NCBI RefSeq assembly: GCF_003918875.1 | Contig: NW_025767332.1 | Coordinates: 1 to 64,000, forward strand | DNA length: 64,000 bases | Source: Haliotis rubra | Taxonomy: Eukaryota | Direction: 5' to 3' | Part shown: positions 63,225-64,000 of the stretch, one piece after another | How positions within the stretch are numbered: position 1 is the stretch's first letter | Layout of the letters: each line of letters starts with the position of its first letter | The notes under the pieces: model-generated | What the model saw: only the letters and a program-made list of their open reading frames with translations | What the model was told of the DNA's origin: nothing | The model's database searches: none | Position numbers and translations under genes: made by a program

Positions 63225-63376
63225 TGAGTGAGTGAGTTATGTTTACGTCGCTTTTAGCAATATCACGGCGGGGACATCAGTAATGGGCTTCACACATTGT
63301 ACTCATATCGGGAATCGAAACCGGGTCTTCGGCGTGACGAGCGAACGCTTTAACCACTAGGCTACTCCACCGCCCG
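63225..63376 (-). mobile_element. SINE family A
   Basis: Consensus match; TSD ttatagactaacag. Confidence 0.92.
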
Positions 63377-63562
63377 TTATAGACTAACAGCAGAGTACAG
63401 AACATTGTGTCTCACATCACTCATTACAGTCCCATGGGCTTTTAAATACAGGAACTCTGTGTACGACAGGGGACACGACAGGCATGGTGCTAAGATTGGG
63501 TAGTTTGACGGGGCCAAGGGAAAACAGGAATTCGACACAGTACAATTTCAGGCGTTCTCAAA

Positions 63563-63765
63563 ACCTGAAGATGCGGGTTAGAATTGGTCTTCAACGTAAG
63601 CGCGACTAACGGGATCGGTGGTCAAGGTCGCTGACTTGGTTGGCACATATCATCGAAACCCATTTGCGATGATCGATATTCACTGGATTGTCTGGTCCAG
63701 ACTCGATTATTTGCAGACAGCTATTATTTTGCTGAGTGCGTGGTTAAACAACAAACACACAAACA
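63563..63765 (+). mobile_element. SINE family B (degenerate)
   Basis: Consensus match. Confidence 0.8.
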
Positions 63766-64000
63766 AATCAGGGGCTCCCAGCCACCACGGCCAATCAATA
63801 ACATTCAATCCGCAGTAATCTGCTATTAGTAATAACACTTTCTTAACCCGGCGTTTGCCATCTAGCGTTTGATACCTGGGTCATGAAGTACGCCCAGCGC
63901 TGCTTCCTTGATGGCATGGCGATAGGCATTGCTGGACAAGAATGGCAGCCAAGTTAATCACATCTGGTTGTTCCGTGACAAGTTTGTAATGAGCGGTATC

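Overview
Repeat-rich eukaryotic (animal) DNA, most likely molluscan. The tRNA-SINE families and the PAN/C-type-lectin gene suggest a gastropod such as abalone; this is inference, not a database result. I reconstructed two spliced minus-strand genes by hand. The first is a complete 3-exon secreted PAN/Apple + C-type lectin (47197-39918, 239 aa, EPS/WND motifs). The second is an orphan type-I membrane receptor (5 exons, 21834-17772, 5' exon unresolved) with a Cys-rich domain, a beta-rich domain, a Thr/Ser mucin stalk, a TM helix and a Tyr-rich tail; its first domain exon has two further copies (91-510, 5409-5803). The rest is mobile or repetitive DNA: three Tc1 elements (one with an open DD34E ORF and perfect TIRs), mariner relics, a 5'-truncated L1/Tx1 LINE with TSD, a Penelope-like inverted-repeat element with a minimal hammerhead ribozyme, several MITEs (including P-type ones), four SINE-like families, many tandem arrays and local segmental duplications. 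The best candidate for something undescribed is SINE family B, which lacks an A-box. Its copies share a 5' start and a pseudoknot with compensatory base changes, a possible unclassified ribozyme or processing element. There is no CRISPR array, rRNA or true tRNA gene.
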